From NCBI RefSeq assembly GCF_009914755.1, contig NC_060943.1: 64,000 bases of DNA; one strand, 5' to 3'. Positions 1 to 16,603 of the stretch are shown here, in pieces. Every line of letters begins with the position of its first letter. Position 1 is the stretch's first letter. Made by a program: the position numbers and the translations under genes. Origin of the DNA: the human T2T-CHM13v2.0 reference genome, Homo sapiens. The notes beneath the pieces were generated by a model that searched no databases, was not told the origin of the DNA, and was given only the letters and a program-made list of their open reading frames with translations.

Positions 1-111
1 GGGACAAGCCCTAGGAGTAAAATGGCTGAGTCATATGCTGAGCATGTTTACCTTTTGAAGAAATGGGAACACTTTTTTCCAAAGTGATTGGGCCTATTTT
101 ATTTCTTTTAG

Positions 112-429
<318 letters not shown>

Positions 430-768
430 TAAGAATTATTTTACACTTTCTCCTCTTTCTTCAAACCTTAAAACTTTCTCCTCCCTTCTTACTCTTTGTT
501 GTTCGTCTTGCTTCCAAGGAGATAGAAGCAATGACAAGAGAACCCCAACATCCTTCTATCCCAATACCTATCAGCCGCCCCGCACCTGTTACCATGTATG
601 CTGGCTTCCCATGTGTGACTGTGGATGACTCTCTGTTACCCATCGCAGTGCCTAGCTGTGTGCAGGTTTGTTATATAGGTAAATCTGCACATGTACCCCT
701 TATATAGGTAAATTGTGTGTCACGGGTTTGATATACAGACTATTTTGTCACCCAGGCAATAGGCATAG

Positions 769-978
<210 letters not shown>

Positions 979-1269
979 TAGCAATGGAGACTCACTATGT
1001 TGCCCAGGCTGGTCTCTAACTCCTGGCCTCAGCCTCCCAAAGTGCCACATTATAGGCATGAGCCACCACTCCCAGCCATAACATTCTGTATTTTGACAGA
1101 GGTTTGGGTTCATTTCAAAACAACAAATTTATTCTTTAGATGTGTACATTTCACTGTGTGTGAATTTTACCCCCAAAAAGGAACTGTACACAAACTTGAG
1201 CTCCAGTTAATGCTACGTGTGCTGAAGTATTTAGAAGGAAGCATAATGATGTCTGCGACTTATTTTGAA

Positions 1270-1358
1270 GTGTGTGTGTGTATATATATATACAAATATA
1301 TGAACACATATATAAATATATATACATGTATAAATATACATATACATATATATATATT
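1270..1358. repeat. (TG)n/(TA)n microsatellite at an Alu tail
   Basis: Direct reading. Confidence 0.9.
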
Positions 1359-1372
1359 TTTTTTTTTTTTGA

Positions 1373-1477
<105 letters not shown>

Positions 1478-1775
1478 TGAGTAGCTGGGATTACAGGCGC
1501 CCGCCACCACACCCAGCTAACGTTTGTATTTTTAGTAGAGATGGTGTTTCACCATGTTGGCCAGGCTGGTCTCGAAAACCTGGCCTCAGGTGATCCGCCT
1601 GCCTCGGCCTCCCAACGTGCTGTGATTACAGGCGTGAGTCACCACACCTGGCCTGAAAAGTGTATTTTAAAAGAGGGATCAAAGGCTGCATGAAGGGATG
1701 GATCAACGGATGGATACATAATAAAACCAGTATAGCAAAATGTTAATTACAGACTCTACATGGTGGGTAGATGGG

Positions 1776-2167
1776 TTGTCTCCATTTGTTTTGTGCTGCC
1801 ATAATAGAATTCCTGAGACCGGGTGATTTATAAGGAAGAGAAATTTATTTCTCACAGTTCTGGAGACGGGGAAGCCTAAGACGAAGGCACCAGCATCTGG
1901 TGTTGGGTGAGGCCCTTCTTGCTGTGTCCTTACATGGCGGCAGGCAGAAGGGCAAGCAGGGACGAACACTGTGTCACCTCATGGCAGAAGATCAGAAGAG
2001 AGCAAATCCAATCCCAAGGATTACAGCAGTGTTAATCCACTCATAAGGATGCGGCCTGAGCCCTCAGGACTTAAACACCTCCTGTTAGGCCCCACCTCCC
2101 AAGACGGTTGCACTGGGGGTTAAGTTTCCAACACATGAATTTTGAGGGACACTTTCAGACCATACCA
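1776..2167 (-). mobile_element. MaLR solo LTR (MST/MLT1A-like)
   Basis: aatttatttctcacagttctgga...cccacctccc...tttccaacacatgaattttg matches recalled MaLR consensus; subfamily uncertain. Confidence 0.7.
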
Positions 2168-3108
2168 GGAGTGCTGACTGTATATTTCTTCAAACTTTCT
2201 GCATGTTTGAAAAGGGAGGAGAGGGCCGGGCATGGTGGCTCACACCTGTAATCCCAGCCCTTTGGGAGTCTGAGGCGGGCGGATCACGAGGTCAGGAGAT
2301 TGAGACCATCCTGGCTAACACGGTGAAACCCTGTCTCTACTAAAAATGCAGAAAATTAGCCGGGCGTGGTGGCATGTGCCTGTAGTCCCAGCTACTCAGG
2401 AGGCTGAGGCAAGAGAATCACTTGAACCCGGGAGGCGGAGGTTGCAGTGAGCAGAGATCATGCCTATAATCCCAGTTACTCAGGAGGCTGAGGCAGAAGA
2501 ATCGCTTGAACCCGGGAGACGGAGGTTGCAGTGAGCCAACATTGCGCCACTACACTCCAGCCTGGGCAACAGAGCGAGACTCCATCTCAAAAAAAAAAAA
2601 AAAAGAAAGAAAAGAAAAGAAAAGGGAAGAGAGGGATTTAAATAGATGCAACACAGAGAACTTTTAGGGCATTGAAGCCATTCTGGATGTCACTCTAATA
2701 AAGCATGCATATCATGACACAGAACATGCACCACCAAGAGTGAACCCTAATGTAAGCTATGGACTTTGGGTGATGAAGACTGTCAATGTGGGTTCATTGA
2801 TGATAACAAAGGTGACACTCTGGTGCTTGATATTGATAGCAGGGGAGGCTGTACATGGGTGTATAGTATGGGGCAGGAGATCTAGGGGAACTCTCCATAT
2901 GTTCCACTCACTATTGTTGTGAACACAAAATTGCTCTTTAAAAAAGTCTATTTTAAAAATTGGCCAGGTGTGACAGCTCATGCCTGTAATCCCAGCACTT
3001 TGGGAGGCCAGGAGAGGAGGATTGCTTAAGCCCAGGAGTCCAAGACCAGCCTGGGCAACATAGCAAGACAGGAATAATCTCCCTGTCTCTACAAAAATAC
3101 AAAAATTA

Positions 3109-3318
<210 letters not shown>

Positions 3319-3529
3319 CTACCTGTAATCCCAGCACTTTGGATGACCAATGACCAAGGCGGGAGGATTGCTTGAGCTCAGGAGTTTGAGGCTGCAGTGA
3401 CCTGTGATAGCACCACTGCACTCCAGCCTGGACAACAGAATGAGACCTTGTCTTAGGAAAAAAACAATACATTAAAATCCACTGGAAAACAACATGAACA
3501 ACTTCTCTTGGCTTCACATTCTCCTCTAG

Positions 3530-3686
<157 letters not shown>

Positions 3687-4416
3687 TAGCTAGGATTACA
3701 GGCGCCCGCCACCACACACCACACCCGACTAATTTTTGTATTTTTAGTTGAGATGGGGTTTCACCATGTTGGCCAGGCTGGTCTCGAAGTCCTGGCCTTA
3801 GGCGATCCACCCGCCTTGGCCTCCCAAAGTGCTGGGATTACAGGCATGAGCCCCCCGACCTGGCCTCTCTGGGTTCTCTATAACTAAACTCCTTGAAAGA
3901 ATTTTCTGTACTTACTGTCCTCACTTCTCCTCATCTTTTCTCTTGGACCCATTCCAGTCAGGCTTTCCTCTCCATCACTCCACCAAAATAGCTTTTCTCA
4001 AGGTCACCAAGGTCCTCCATATTGCTAAAGCTGGTGATCAATTTCCTATCCTCATCTTCTTTGACCATCAGTGGCATTTGACACTGCCTCCTGCTTAATA
4101 TGCTTTTTCCACTTAGCTTTCAGGACTGCCACCTTTTCCTAGAGCCCTCCCACCTCACTAGCCACCCTCTCTATTTCTTCACTAGCTCCCCTCATCTTCC
4201 CAGTCTTGTTTCCTTAGGGTGCCCCAGGGCTCATGCTTCAGCCTCCTTCTCTTTTCTATCCATGCTGCTCCTCTGATGATCCAACCATTCTTTTCATTGT
4301 ATTAAAAACTGGCAACTCCCACATTTATCTCTCAAGCCTAAACTTCTTCCTTGAACTCCAGACTCACATGTCCAACTGCCTAATTGACATTTCTACTCTG
4401 ATGTAGACATGCATTA

Positions 4417-5440
<1,024 letters not shown>

Positions 5441-6128
5441 ATCTCAAACTTAATAGTAGGTGCTCAAACACATTTATTTATTCATTGATTTATTCTATTT
5501 TTTATTTTGTAGAGATGTTTTCCGGGCTGGTCTCAAACTCCCGGACTCAAGGGATCCTCCCACCTCATCCTCCCAAAGTGCTGGGATTATGGTGTGGGCC
5601 ATCGTGCCTGGCAAAAACACATGTATTGAATGAATGAAGGAATGTCCACAGCAGGGTCATAAGAGCTAGCATTGAGTACACCTGTCAGCGAAAACTCAAA
5701 TTAGAACCAAGTGTGCAAAACTTTGCGGAGGCTGTTATGACTAGGACCTTGATGACTTGATGAATTTTCTTTTTAACTTATGTAACAAAATTTTAAACTT
5801 TTCACAAAAAGTAGAGAATATGAGAAGTCCCCATTTATTCGCCACCTGGCCTCAACAACTATTAACATGTAAAACAGCCTTGTTTTATCTATTGCCCCTC
5901 CATCTTTTTATTTTTTTCTGGAGTATTTTAGAGCAAACCTTGATAATATGCCATTTCACTTCCAGGTACTTAAGTATGCATCTCTTAAGAAAAAGAAGAG
6001 AACATTTTCTTCCATTATCACACCTAACAAAATTAACAAGAAGTCCTTTTTATAATCTAGTAGCCAGTCTATATCCATATTCCCTCAATGGTTTAAAGTA
6101 TGTGATTTAGGCTGGACACGGTGGCTTA

Positions 6129-6392
<264 letters not shown>

Positions 6393-7397
6393 TCAAAAAA
6401 AAAAAAAAAGAAAAAATGATTTAAACAGTACTGCTGGCTAGGCATGGTGGCTCTCATGCCTATAATCCCAGCACTTTGGGAGGCCAAGGCAGGTAGATCA
6501 CTTGAGATCAGGAGTTCGAGACCAGGCTGGCCAACATGGTGAAACCCCATCTCTACTAAAAATACAAAAATTAGCCAGGTGTGGTGGGGCACACCTATAG
6601 TCCCTGCTACTCTGGAGGTTGGCGCATGAGAATCACTTTAACCCGGGAGGCAGAGGTTGCAGTGAGCCGAGATCACACCATTGCACTCTAGCCTGGGCGA
6701 CAGAGTGAGACTCCATCTCAAAAATTAAAAAACAGATAAAAAATTACTGCTTGTTTAAATCAGGATCAAAACAAAGTCCCTTCATTTGGTGTGTGTTCTC
6801 TCTCTTGCACGCACACATACATATAAGCTTTTTAGCCAAGAGTCTTCAGAGATTATAATTTATTTATTTGTTACATAGAGACAGGGTCTCACTATGTTGC
6901 CTAGGCTGGTCTTGAACTCCTGGCCTCAAGCAATGCAACCTGGCTTCCCAAAGCACTGGGAATACAGACAGGCATGAGAAATGCCAGGCTATAATTTATT
7001 TACTTTAGATCTTTTTTGGGGGGAGTACAACATGCTAAGAGAAAAGTACATGTAACTATGGTTTTATGAAGTATCACAAAGGGAAGAAACCACATAACCG
7101 CCACTCAGGTCAATAAAGAGAACATGACCAGTACCCCCAAATTCCCCTTTTGGCTCTACTCTTAGGGGTCTTTTCATGTGTACACTGTTCTAACCTTGCT
7201 TCCTTCACTCCATAATATATTATGAAGATCACCCCAGAACAGCTTATAGAGATCTTTCTTATATTTCATTTATCTGGATAGTAGTCTGGTGTGTAGATGA
7301 AACGTCGTTTAGTCAACCAGTCTACCAATAGAAAATTGACTTAGTTGTTTCCAGTCTTTTTTCCTTACAAAGAGTGTTGCAGTGAGCAACCTGGGCT

Positions 7398-7951
7398 CGT
7401 TGCCGGTGGAAGGTGTCCAGGTTCTGGGCGTTTTGAACAAAGAACTGGACAAAACGCACCAACGAAACAACCAACAAAAGAATGAAGCAAAGAAAGCATA
7501 CATTTATTGAAATGAAAAGTACACTCCACAGGGGGGGAGCAGGCTGAACAGACACACTCCACAGACCAGGAAGCAACCAATCAGAGGCTGAAGTGAAGGT
7601 ACAAAGTTACACCCTATGCAAACGTCTGATGGGTCGCGGGAGGGGACCAATCAGAGGCTGAAGTGAAGTTACAGAGTTACACCCCTGTGCAAATGAAGAC
7701 TAGGCCCATGACCAGTCTGATTGGTTGTGGGAGACTACCAATCAGAGGCACTTTCCATCTTTCATCGGCCACGCGGGGAGGGGAGGGGAGGGGAGGGGAA
7801 GCCCGCCGGGGTTGGGGGTTGCGAAGGGAGTAGCCTCTGATCCTTTTGTTACTTGGGTGTGGAAAGTTGGGATTTTCCTTTTGATTCCGTTCTAGGAAGT
7901 CAGTGCAAATCAGCCTTAGGTTTCCTGCCTCTAGACTATTCTCCTGCCTCA
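7398..7951 (-). mobile_element. ERV1 solo LTR, MER51-like
   Basis: Minus-strand start TGAGGCAGGAGAATAG, repeated ccaatcagaggc boxes, AATAAA near 7503, end ...CCTTCCACCGGCAACG. Confidence 0.72.
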
Positions 7952-8013
7952 GCTTACATCCTTTTATTGCCAATGTATCTTTAAGTTGGATTCCTAGCAG
8001 TGAGATCAGATCA

Positions 8014-8453
<440 letters not shown>

Positions 8454-8558
8454 TTATATTGTCTAATTTTTGTGACTTTGCTAATGGGTGAGAAGTAGTA
8501 TCGCAGGGTAGTTTAATTTGCATTTCTCTTTATATGAGCAGAATTGGACATTTCTTAG

Positions 8559-8856
<298 letters not shown>

Positions 8857-10154
8857 TAGGTTTTAAGGCAATTTGTATTTCCTTTTCTATGAACTATTCC
8901 AATCGTTTGCATATTTTTCTACTGGAATGTTGCTTTTTATTCTTTATTTTTAGGACCTCTTAATTCTTTTTCTCGAAGGGAAATTGATCCCCAGCAATGG
9001 TTGACAGCAAAATTAAACAGAAAGCACTGGCTATGGTAGAGGACACATCTGGATTCAAATCTGGCCTCCATTATTTACAAACCGTTTGCCCTTGGGCAAG
9101 TTATTTAACTTCACTGAGCCTATTTCTTTGTCTATTCCCGTTTCACAGAGTAATTATGAAGTTCAGAAATACTGTACACAAAGAACATGACACATTGTAT
9201 GCATTCAACATGTTTAGATTCCTCCCAATTGCCTGTTTATATCCTCAACCCATGTTTTTCTTTTCTTTTTTCTTTTTTTTTTTTGAGACAGAGTCTTGCT
9301 CTGCTGCCCAGGCTGGAGTGCAGTGGTGTGATCTTGGCTCACTGCAACCTCTGCCTCCCGAAGTTCAAGGGATTCTCCTGCCTCAGCCTCCAGAGTAGCT
9401 GGAATTACAGGCACATACCACCACGCCCAGCTAATTTTTGTATTTTTTAGTAGAAATGGGGGTGTCACCATGCTGGCAAGGCTGGTCTCGAACTCCTGAC
9501 CTCAGGTAATCTGCCTGCCTCGGCCACCCAAAGTGCTGGGATTACAGGTGTGAGCCACCGCACCTGGCCAACCCAGTTTTTTCTAACTGGGTTCTTGTCT
9601 TTCTTATTGAAGGATCTCTTTGCATATTGTGGATATTAATCCTTTGTTAGGTTTGTTGCAAAGCTTTCCTGCAAGTTTGTTTTTACTTATTTATTCATTC
9701 ATCAGTAGGTGTACTGAGCACCTACTATGTGACAGAGACTGTGCTAGGAGCTGCAAATAAAGTAGTGAATGAAGCAGATACTGTCTCTGCCCTTAAGTTA
9801 TTTCTAATTGGAGAGAAAATCAAACAAAATTAATTATAAAGTGTGACAAAGGCTAAGAAGGAATTTAGCAAAAGGGTGGGACAGAAGGGGATCCACTTTT
9901 GGTGGGGTGGTCATGAAAGGCCTAAGTTATTAACATTGAAGATGACATTGAAGGATGAGAAAAAGCCAGTCATGTCATGAATGGAGGGACAAGCATATTA
10001 TAAAGGACTGAAGTGGCAAAATGTGGCACATTCAATAAATTGAAAGATCACATTCCCAAATCATAATTGGCAGGGAGAATAGTGATAGGAGATGAGTCAA
10101 GAGGTTGGCAGGGGCCTCACAGGACAAGGTGAAGAAATTTGACTTTATTATAAA

Positions 10155-10325
10155 TGTATATAATTATTATATATATTATATAATATATATATTTATGTAT
10201 ATAATTATTATATATTATATAATATATATTTATGTATATAATTATTATATATTATATAATATATATTTATGTATATAATTATTATATATTATATAATATA
10301 TATTTATGTATATAATCATTATTAT
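10155..10325. repeat. AT-rich 37-bp minisatellite, ~4.5 units
   Basis: Unit tgtatataattattatatattatataatatatattta starts at 10155, 10196, 10233, 10270 and 10307. Confidence 0.9.
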
Positions 10326-10705
10326 TATTTTTTTAAAGGACAGGATCTTGCTCTGTCACCCAAGCTGGAATGCATGGCACAATCATAGCTCACTGTAACC
10401 TCAAACTCCTGGGCTTAAGCAATCCTCCCACCTCAGCCTCCTCAGTAGCTGGGACTACAGGCCTGCACCACCACGCTTGGCTAATTTTTAAATTTTTTGT
10501 AGAGACAAGGTCTTGTTATGTTGCCCGGCTGGTCTTGAACTCCTGGCCCCAAGTGACCTGTTTCTATTTTAAGGAAGATTCTCATGGCAGCTGTGACAAT
10601 GGATTACAGAAGAGAAAGAGCGGACAGTAGGCTACCATGTTGTTGACAGAAGTTAGGATAATGGCTTGTACCAGATGGTGACAGTGGGCATAATAAGAAA
10701 GGTAG

Positions 10706-10957
<252 letters not shown>

Positions 10958-11164
10958 TGACCACCTGAGCCTCCCAAAATGCTGGGATTACAGGCGTGAG
11001 CCACCATGGGGCCTTGGGTATGTTTTGAAACAGTTCAACATGATTTGTTAAGGAACTGAGTGGAGGACAAAGGAGAGGAAGAAATAAAAAATAATTCCCC
11101 TGGCCGGGCACAGTGCCTCACGCCTGTAATCCCAGCACTTTGGGAGGCCGAGGCGGGTGGATCA

Positions 11165-11431
<267 letters not shown>

Positions 11432-11665
11432 CTATTTTCTTGCTGCTGAACTTACTGGGTGGTAATTGTGCTATTTAAGGAGGTAGGGAAGACCCTCATG
11501 GGAAGGGGACAGATTTGAAAGGAAACAAAGACTTCAGTGTTTTACTTGTTGGTTGCATTAACACATTAAATCTTCACTCCAGCTCTATAAGTACTATCAT
11601 TAACTCTACTTTAAAGATGAGAAAACTAATACAGAGAGAAATTAAGTAACTTGCTAGGGTTATAA

Positions 11666-12199
<534 letters not shown>

Positions 12200-12279
12200 T
12201 GATACCTGCTGTGCAGGAGGAAAGTCAGGGATGAGAAGGCATGAGACAGACACAATGACATGCAGCTTAGCTTAAGATA

Positions 12280-12285
12280 TTTATT
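12280..12285 (-). terminator. FCGBP polyadenylation signal AATAAA
   Basis: tttatt on + strand ~140 nt past the stop; GT-rich tract (tgtcattgtgtctgtct) follows on the minus strand. Confidence 0.88.
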
Positions 12286-12424
12286 CAATGCTCTCACATT
12301 TGGCCTCTGTGACCCAGAAAAGCGGTAGAGCAGGGTAGGAGCACATGATGCATCCTTCAGCCACCGCAACCTCCAGAGGGACCAGGTCTTCTTCAGGAAA
12401 TCTTCGTTCCTGGTGGATGACTGA

Positions 12425-12434
12425 TCAGCCATAA
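12425..12434 (-). CDS. FCGBP: FCGBP terminal exon, coding part (completes Cys, then Tyr-Gly-stop), followed by ~160 nt 3'UTR
   Basis: Minus strand ttgcag|T TAT GGC TGA; joins the phase-2 TG of the previous exon to give TGT. Confidence 0.92.
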
Positions 12435-12558
12435 CTGCAAGACACAGACATTTAGCACCTCCGCTTGCAGACTAAACACCCACCCTGACTGCCCTCATCC
12501 CATGAGGATCCAGGTGCCTTTGCCCCAAGAAGCCTGGTTTCCATACTACATCCCTCAC

Positions 12559-12830
12559 CATGGGGAGAAGTCCTGCGCTCTCCATTTCTCCATCGCTGGC
12601 TTCTCCTGGGAGTCATGCCAATCATTGGTCTGGTCCCCGTCAAAGTTTCCACAGGCCCCACACAGTTTCCCAGCATGGTCATTGCTGACAATCACAGCCA
12701 CCTTCCCATTGGCTCCAAGCCACACCTGGACCCCTGCCTTCTGGCGGACTAGCAGGGAGCCATCAGGTGTACGACTCACGGACACAGATGCTAACTTCTC
12801 AGCTGGGAGATCCACTCGGAGACCATTCAC
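12559..12830 (-). CDS. FCGBP: FCGBP penultimate exon: second half of last VWD (VNGLRVDLP...CGACGNFDG...DFSP)
   Basis: cag|GTG acceptor, TG|GTGAG donor, 272 nt (phase 0 to 2). Confidence 0.95.
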
Positions 12831-13841
12831 CTGGTGGGGGATGCCCAGCAAACACAGAGGTGAGGCCACAGCCACAGAATAGCTGGGTGTTACCAGGATG
12901 GAGGATGGAGACCCCAAACAAGATAAGTTCATGGAGCTAAATCAAAGAGGCAGGTGCTGAAAGAGATGAAGACCTGGATGTTTGCACTATTTGGAGCAAT
13001 GGATACATGAGAAGATAGCTAGAGATCTGGATAGACGGATAAAAGGATGGAGAGTGGAGGGATGGAGAGACGTACCCATGGATCTACACAACACCCCAAA
13101 GTCGGTGGGGGAAGCATTTTGTACCAGACAGATAAGCAAACAAACAAACAATCAAACCCCAGGGTCATCCTTATGGTTCTAGTTTTCTTTTTCTTTTCTT
13201 TTCTTTTTTTTTTAAGATAGGGTTTTGCTTTGTCATCCCAGCTGGAGTGCAGTGGTGCAATCACAGCTCACTGCAGCCCTGACCTCCTAGACTCAATCAA
13301 TCCTCCCACCTCAGCCTTCTGAGTAGCTGAGACTACAGGACTACAGATGTGTGCCACCACACCAGGCTAATTTTTGTATGTTTTTCTAAAGATAGGGTCT
13401 CACTATGTTGTCTAGGCTGGTCTTGAACTCCTGGATTCAGGTGATCTGCCTCCCTCAGCCTGGTTCTAGTTTGCAAAATAAAACAAACTTTGAGCACATC
13501 CTGTAAGTTATTGGTTCCCTAACCAAAACAACGTTATCCTTTATTTTTGCAATTCTGATGTCTGAAGATAAGTAATGACTTTAGCAAATATAATAATCAT
13601 GTGAGAAAATTACTTTTTCTTCATCATAGGCTGCAGATCCAGTAACTTTGTGAGTTTTTCCTTTACATAACTGTTGTCTATGTTAGTTGGTGAATTAACC
13701 CTTCTAAAGTTAGATTCCCTAGAGAAACTTCCTTAAAAGACTTGTCTTTTTTTTTTTTTGTAAATCCTTCTTTTGTTTGTTTGTTTTTTGTTGTTATTGT
13801 TTTGTTTTTTGGTTTTGGTTTTAGTTTTTTTTTTGAGATAG

Positions 13842-14024
<183 letters not shown>

Positions 14025-14149
14025 TAACTCCTGACTTCAAGTGATCTGCCCGCCTCGGCCTCCCAAAGCGCTGGGATTACAGGCATGAGCCACCATGCCC
14101 AGCCCTCTAAATGCTTTTGTATCTGAGTTTTCCTCTGCCAGATGATTGG

Positions 14150-14400
14150 AGAGATAGGTAGATAGATCTGAAAAGACAGATGGGTGGGTGGGTGGGTGGG
14201 TGGATGGATGGAGGGATGGATGGGTGGATGGGTGGATTGGTGGGTGGATGGATGGATGGACAGATGGGTGGGTGGATGGAAGAAAGAAGGAAGAGAAAAA
14301 GACTAGAAGGAAGGAAATAGGAAAAAGAGAAGGGGGTAGAATAGATGCTGGAAGGAAGGAGGGGAAAAGGGAGGATGGGTGTAGTGAAGGACAGATGAAG
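14150..14400. repeat. (GGAT/GGGT)n and purine-rich simple repeat
   Basis: Direct reading. Confidence 0.9.
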
Positions 14401-14664
14401 ACTAGTGGATGGAAAGTCTCAGTAGGGTGCAAGCTTTCCAAGTATAACGACTGAGTCCGAGTCATCTCTGTTACCCAGCACATGGCCTGGCACAAAAGGA
14501 GCAGGGCTGAGTTTATTCACAAAACCAACCTTTTACTGAGTACCCTCTAGGTGCCATGCCCTGATCTGGGTACTGGGAACAAACTGGTGACCAAGATGGA
14601 CAGGATCCCTGCCTACCTGCGGCTTATAGTCCAGTGATGAACAAAGATGCTGAGCATCTTCTGG

Positions 14665-14997
14665 GAGTTTCCTTCTAGGAGTCTGGAATTTTGGTAGGTG
14701 GATACCAAAACCCCAGGCACTGAGACTCTATGAATTTCCCTGGCAGATGACATTTCATGTTTCATCACAACTTTGTTGCTGGAGGAATTAAGCACATCCT
14801 GTGTGACTCTACCGAGAAAGGACTCTCGGAAGCTTGCACATGATTTCCCCTGGACTTTGTGCGATGCACCTTTTCCCTGTGTCAATTTCACTCCGTATCT
14901 TTTCCCTATGATACATCTTAGCCCTAAGTACAACTATATGCTGAGTCCTGTGAGTCCTAGTGAATCACTGAACCAGGTTATGGGAAACCCTGACACA
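14665..14997 (+). mobile_element. LTR fragment, MER21-like
   Basis: ctatatgctgagtcctgtgagtcct...accctgacaca resembles the recalled MER21 3' end. Confidence 0.55.
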
Positions 14998-15019
14998 TTA
15001 TGTGACCCCCCACCCCCAG

Positions 15020-15430
15020 CCTTGACCAATCACGGAACTTCCTCCCTAAAGTCACAGTGATTGGCTCCAGGGGTGGGCATGTGACCCAAACTGGCTCAGT
15101 GAGATATAATCCTGGGTCTTTTATTGAACCATTTTCTGTTAAGGTAGATAAGCTGGTGGGGTGTAGGCCTGGGCAGCTGGGCGGGGGTCGTCTTTACACC
15201 TGTAAGTGGAAAGCCTGTTTGAGAACAAAGCTGATTTGGCAAATAGCAAGTCTCAAAGACGGAAGTACAAATTTCTGATAATATTGCCAGGGCACCTAGA
15301 TCCAGCCATTCCTGAGGCTCTATCCTGGGATTTTCTAGCTACAGGGACTAATAAATTCAATTTTGCTTAAGGCAGTTTGAATTTGGTTTTAAGTCACTTG
15401 CAACCCGTAGAGTCTCGATTCATACTAATG
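15020..15430 (+). mobile_element. Old MaLR LTR (MLT1J/K/L-like)
   Basis: gtgattggctccaggggtgggcatgtgacccaa and gtcacttgcaac motifs. Confidence 0.6.
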
Positions 15431-15660
15431 TCAAAACTATTAAGTTACTTGAGTATGTTTTTGCTCCTCTAGAACTCAGCCAGAACAGAGGGACCAAGTT
15501 TGAAATATTGAGATAAATACAAATCCAGAGGCTAAACCGCAGAGACCTGGATAAAGAAAACAGATCGCAAGACAGAAAGGAAGCCAGGAATGTGGGGACA
15601 CTGTAATCAGAAGAGCAAAAGCCCGGGGAGACATTCCCTACCCGCTACTCACAAACTTAC

Positions 15661-16044
15661 CCACACACCCTTGTTTGGAGTCAACGTCACCATCCCATCC
15701 TGGAAGAAGATGTGGACCTGGCCCACAGCCTCCGTTTTGCCATGGCAGATCTGGACTTCGGCAACTACACGGTACCAGGGGATGGTATTCTGTAGTCCTG
15801 GGCAGCGGGAAGAGAGCTCATAGACACCAGGAGAGGTGGTGGCACCACGGGCCCCATCAAAGGTGGTGAGGTTGGCACCCACAGACAGGACACAGAGACC
15901 ACGGGTGGCCCAGCAGTTCCGGGCTTCAGCCTTGACCTCACATACACGGCCTGGTGGGCAGCCAGCGGCCTGGCATGTCAGGCCAGAGCTTGAGGAACAG
16001 GAACAGCGCTCGCTGCAGTCTGAGGTCAGCAGGGAGGAGTTTAC
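15661..16044 (-). CDS. FCGBP: FCGBP exon: Cys-rich linker plus first half of last VWD (no GDPH)
   Basis: cag|GTAAAC...TGG|GTAAGT, 384 nt, VNSSLLTSDC...NKGVW. Confidence 0.95.
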
Positions 16045-16068
16045 CTGTGCACAGAAAGGGGCCAGGTT

Positions 16069-16603
16069 ATGGTGGTGGGATGGATCGCAAAAATGGCCAC
16101 ACTGCTTCAACCCTCTGTATCCATGCAGAGTGACTTTACAGACTCCCATTAAGAAATAGAGTTTATTTCCCCCTCCCTATGAATCTGGGTTGGCCGTAAG
16201 ACTATATTTAGGTCAATGAAACACAGAAGAAGCAATGTTGTAACAGGTTTAAGCCTAGACCTCAAGAGACCTCACAGCTTCTCTTTCCTTCTCTCTCTCT
16301 CACATACACAGAATCCTGCCCAGCCACCATGAGAACAAGCCTGGGCTAGCTCCCTAGAAGATGAGTGACCCCATGGAACACAGATAACTCTTCCAGCTCA
16401 GGCCACCCTAGACCAGGCAGCCTTCAGCTGACCCACCAGCTGACTACAGATATTATACATGAGTAAGCCCAGAGGATAGCAGAAGAACCACCCAGCCAAG
16501 TCCAGCCTAAACTGCAGTCACAAAATTGCAAACTAAATGAATAATTGTTTTAAGCCACAACGTTTTGGAGTGATCTGTAACCCAGCAAAAGCTAACTGAT
16601 ACA
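16069..16603 (+). mobile_element. MaLR LTR (MLT1F/G/H-like) just upstream of an exon acceptor
   Basis: aaaaatggccac...ttttaagccac...gctaactgataca terminus. Confidence 0.65.

Noticed and set aside
7394-7955. Target-site duplication for the MER51-like LTR
   Set aside because: Flanks ggct and gctt do not match cleanly, so none is claimed.
14037-14495. His/Pro/Ser-rich and Trp/Gly/Asp-rich ORFs
   Set aside because: Translations of the (GGAT)n microsatellite.
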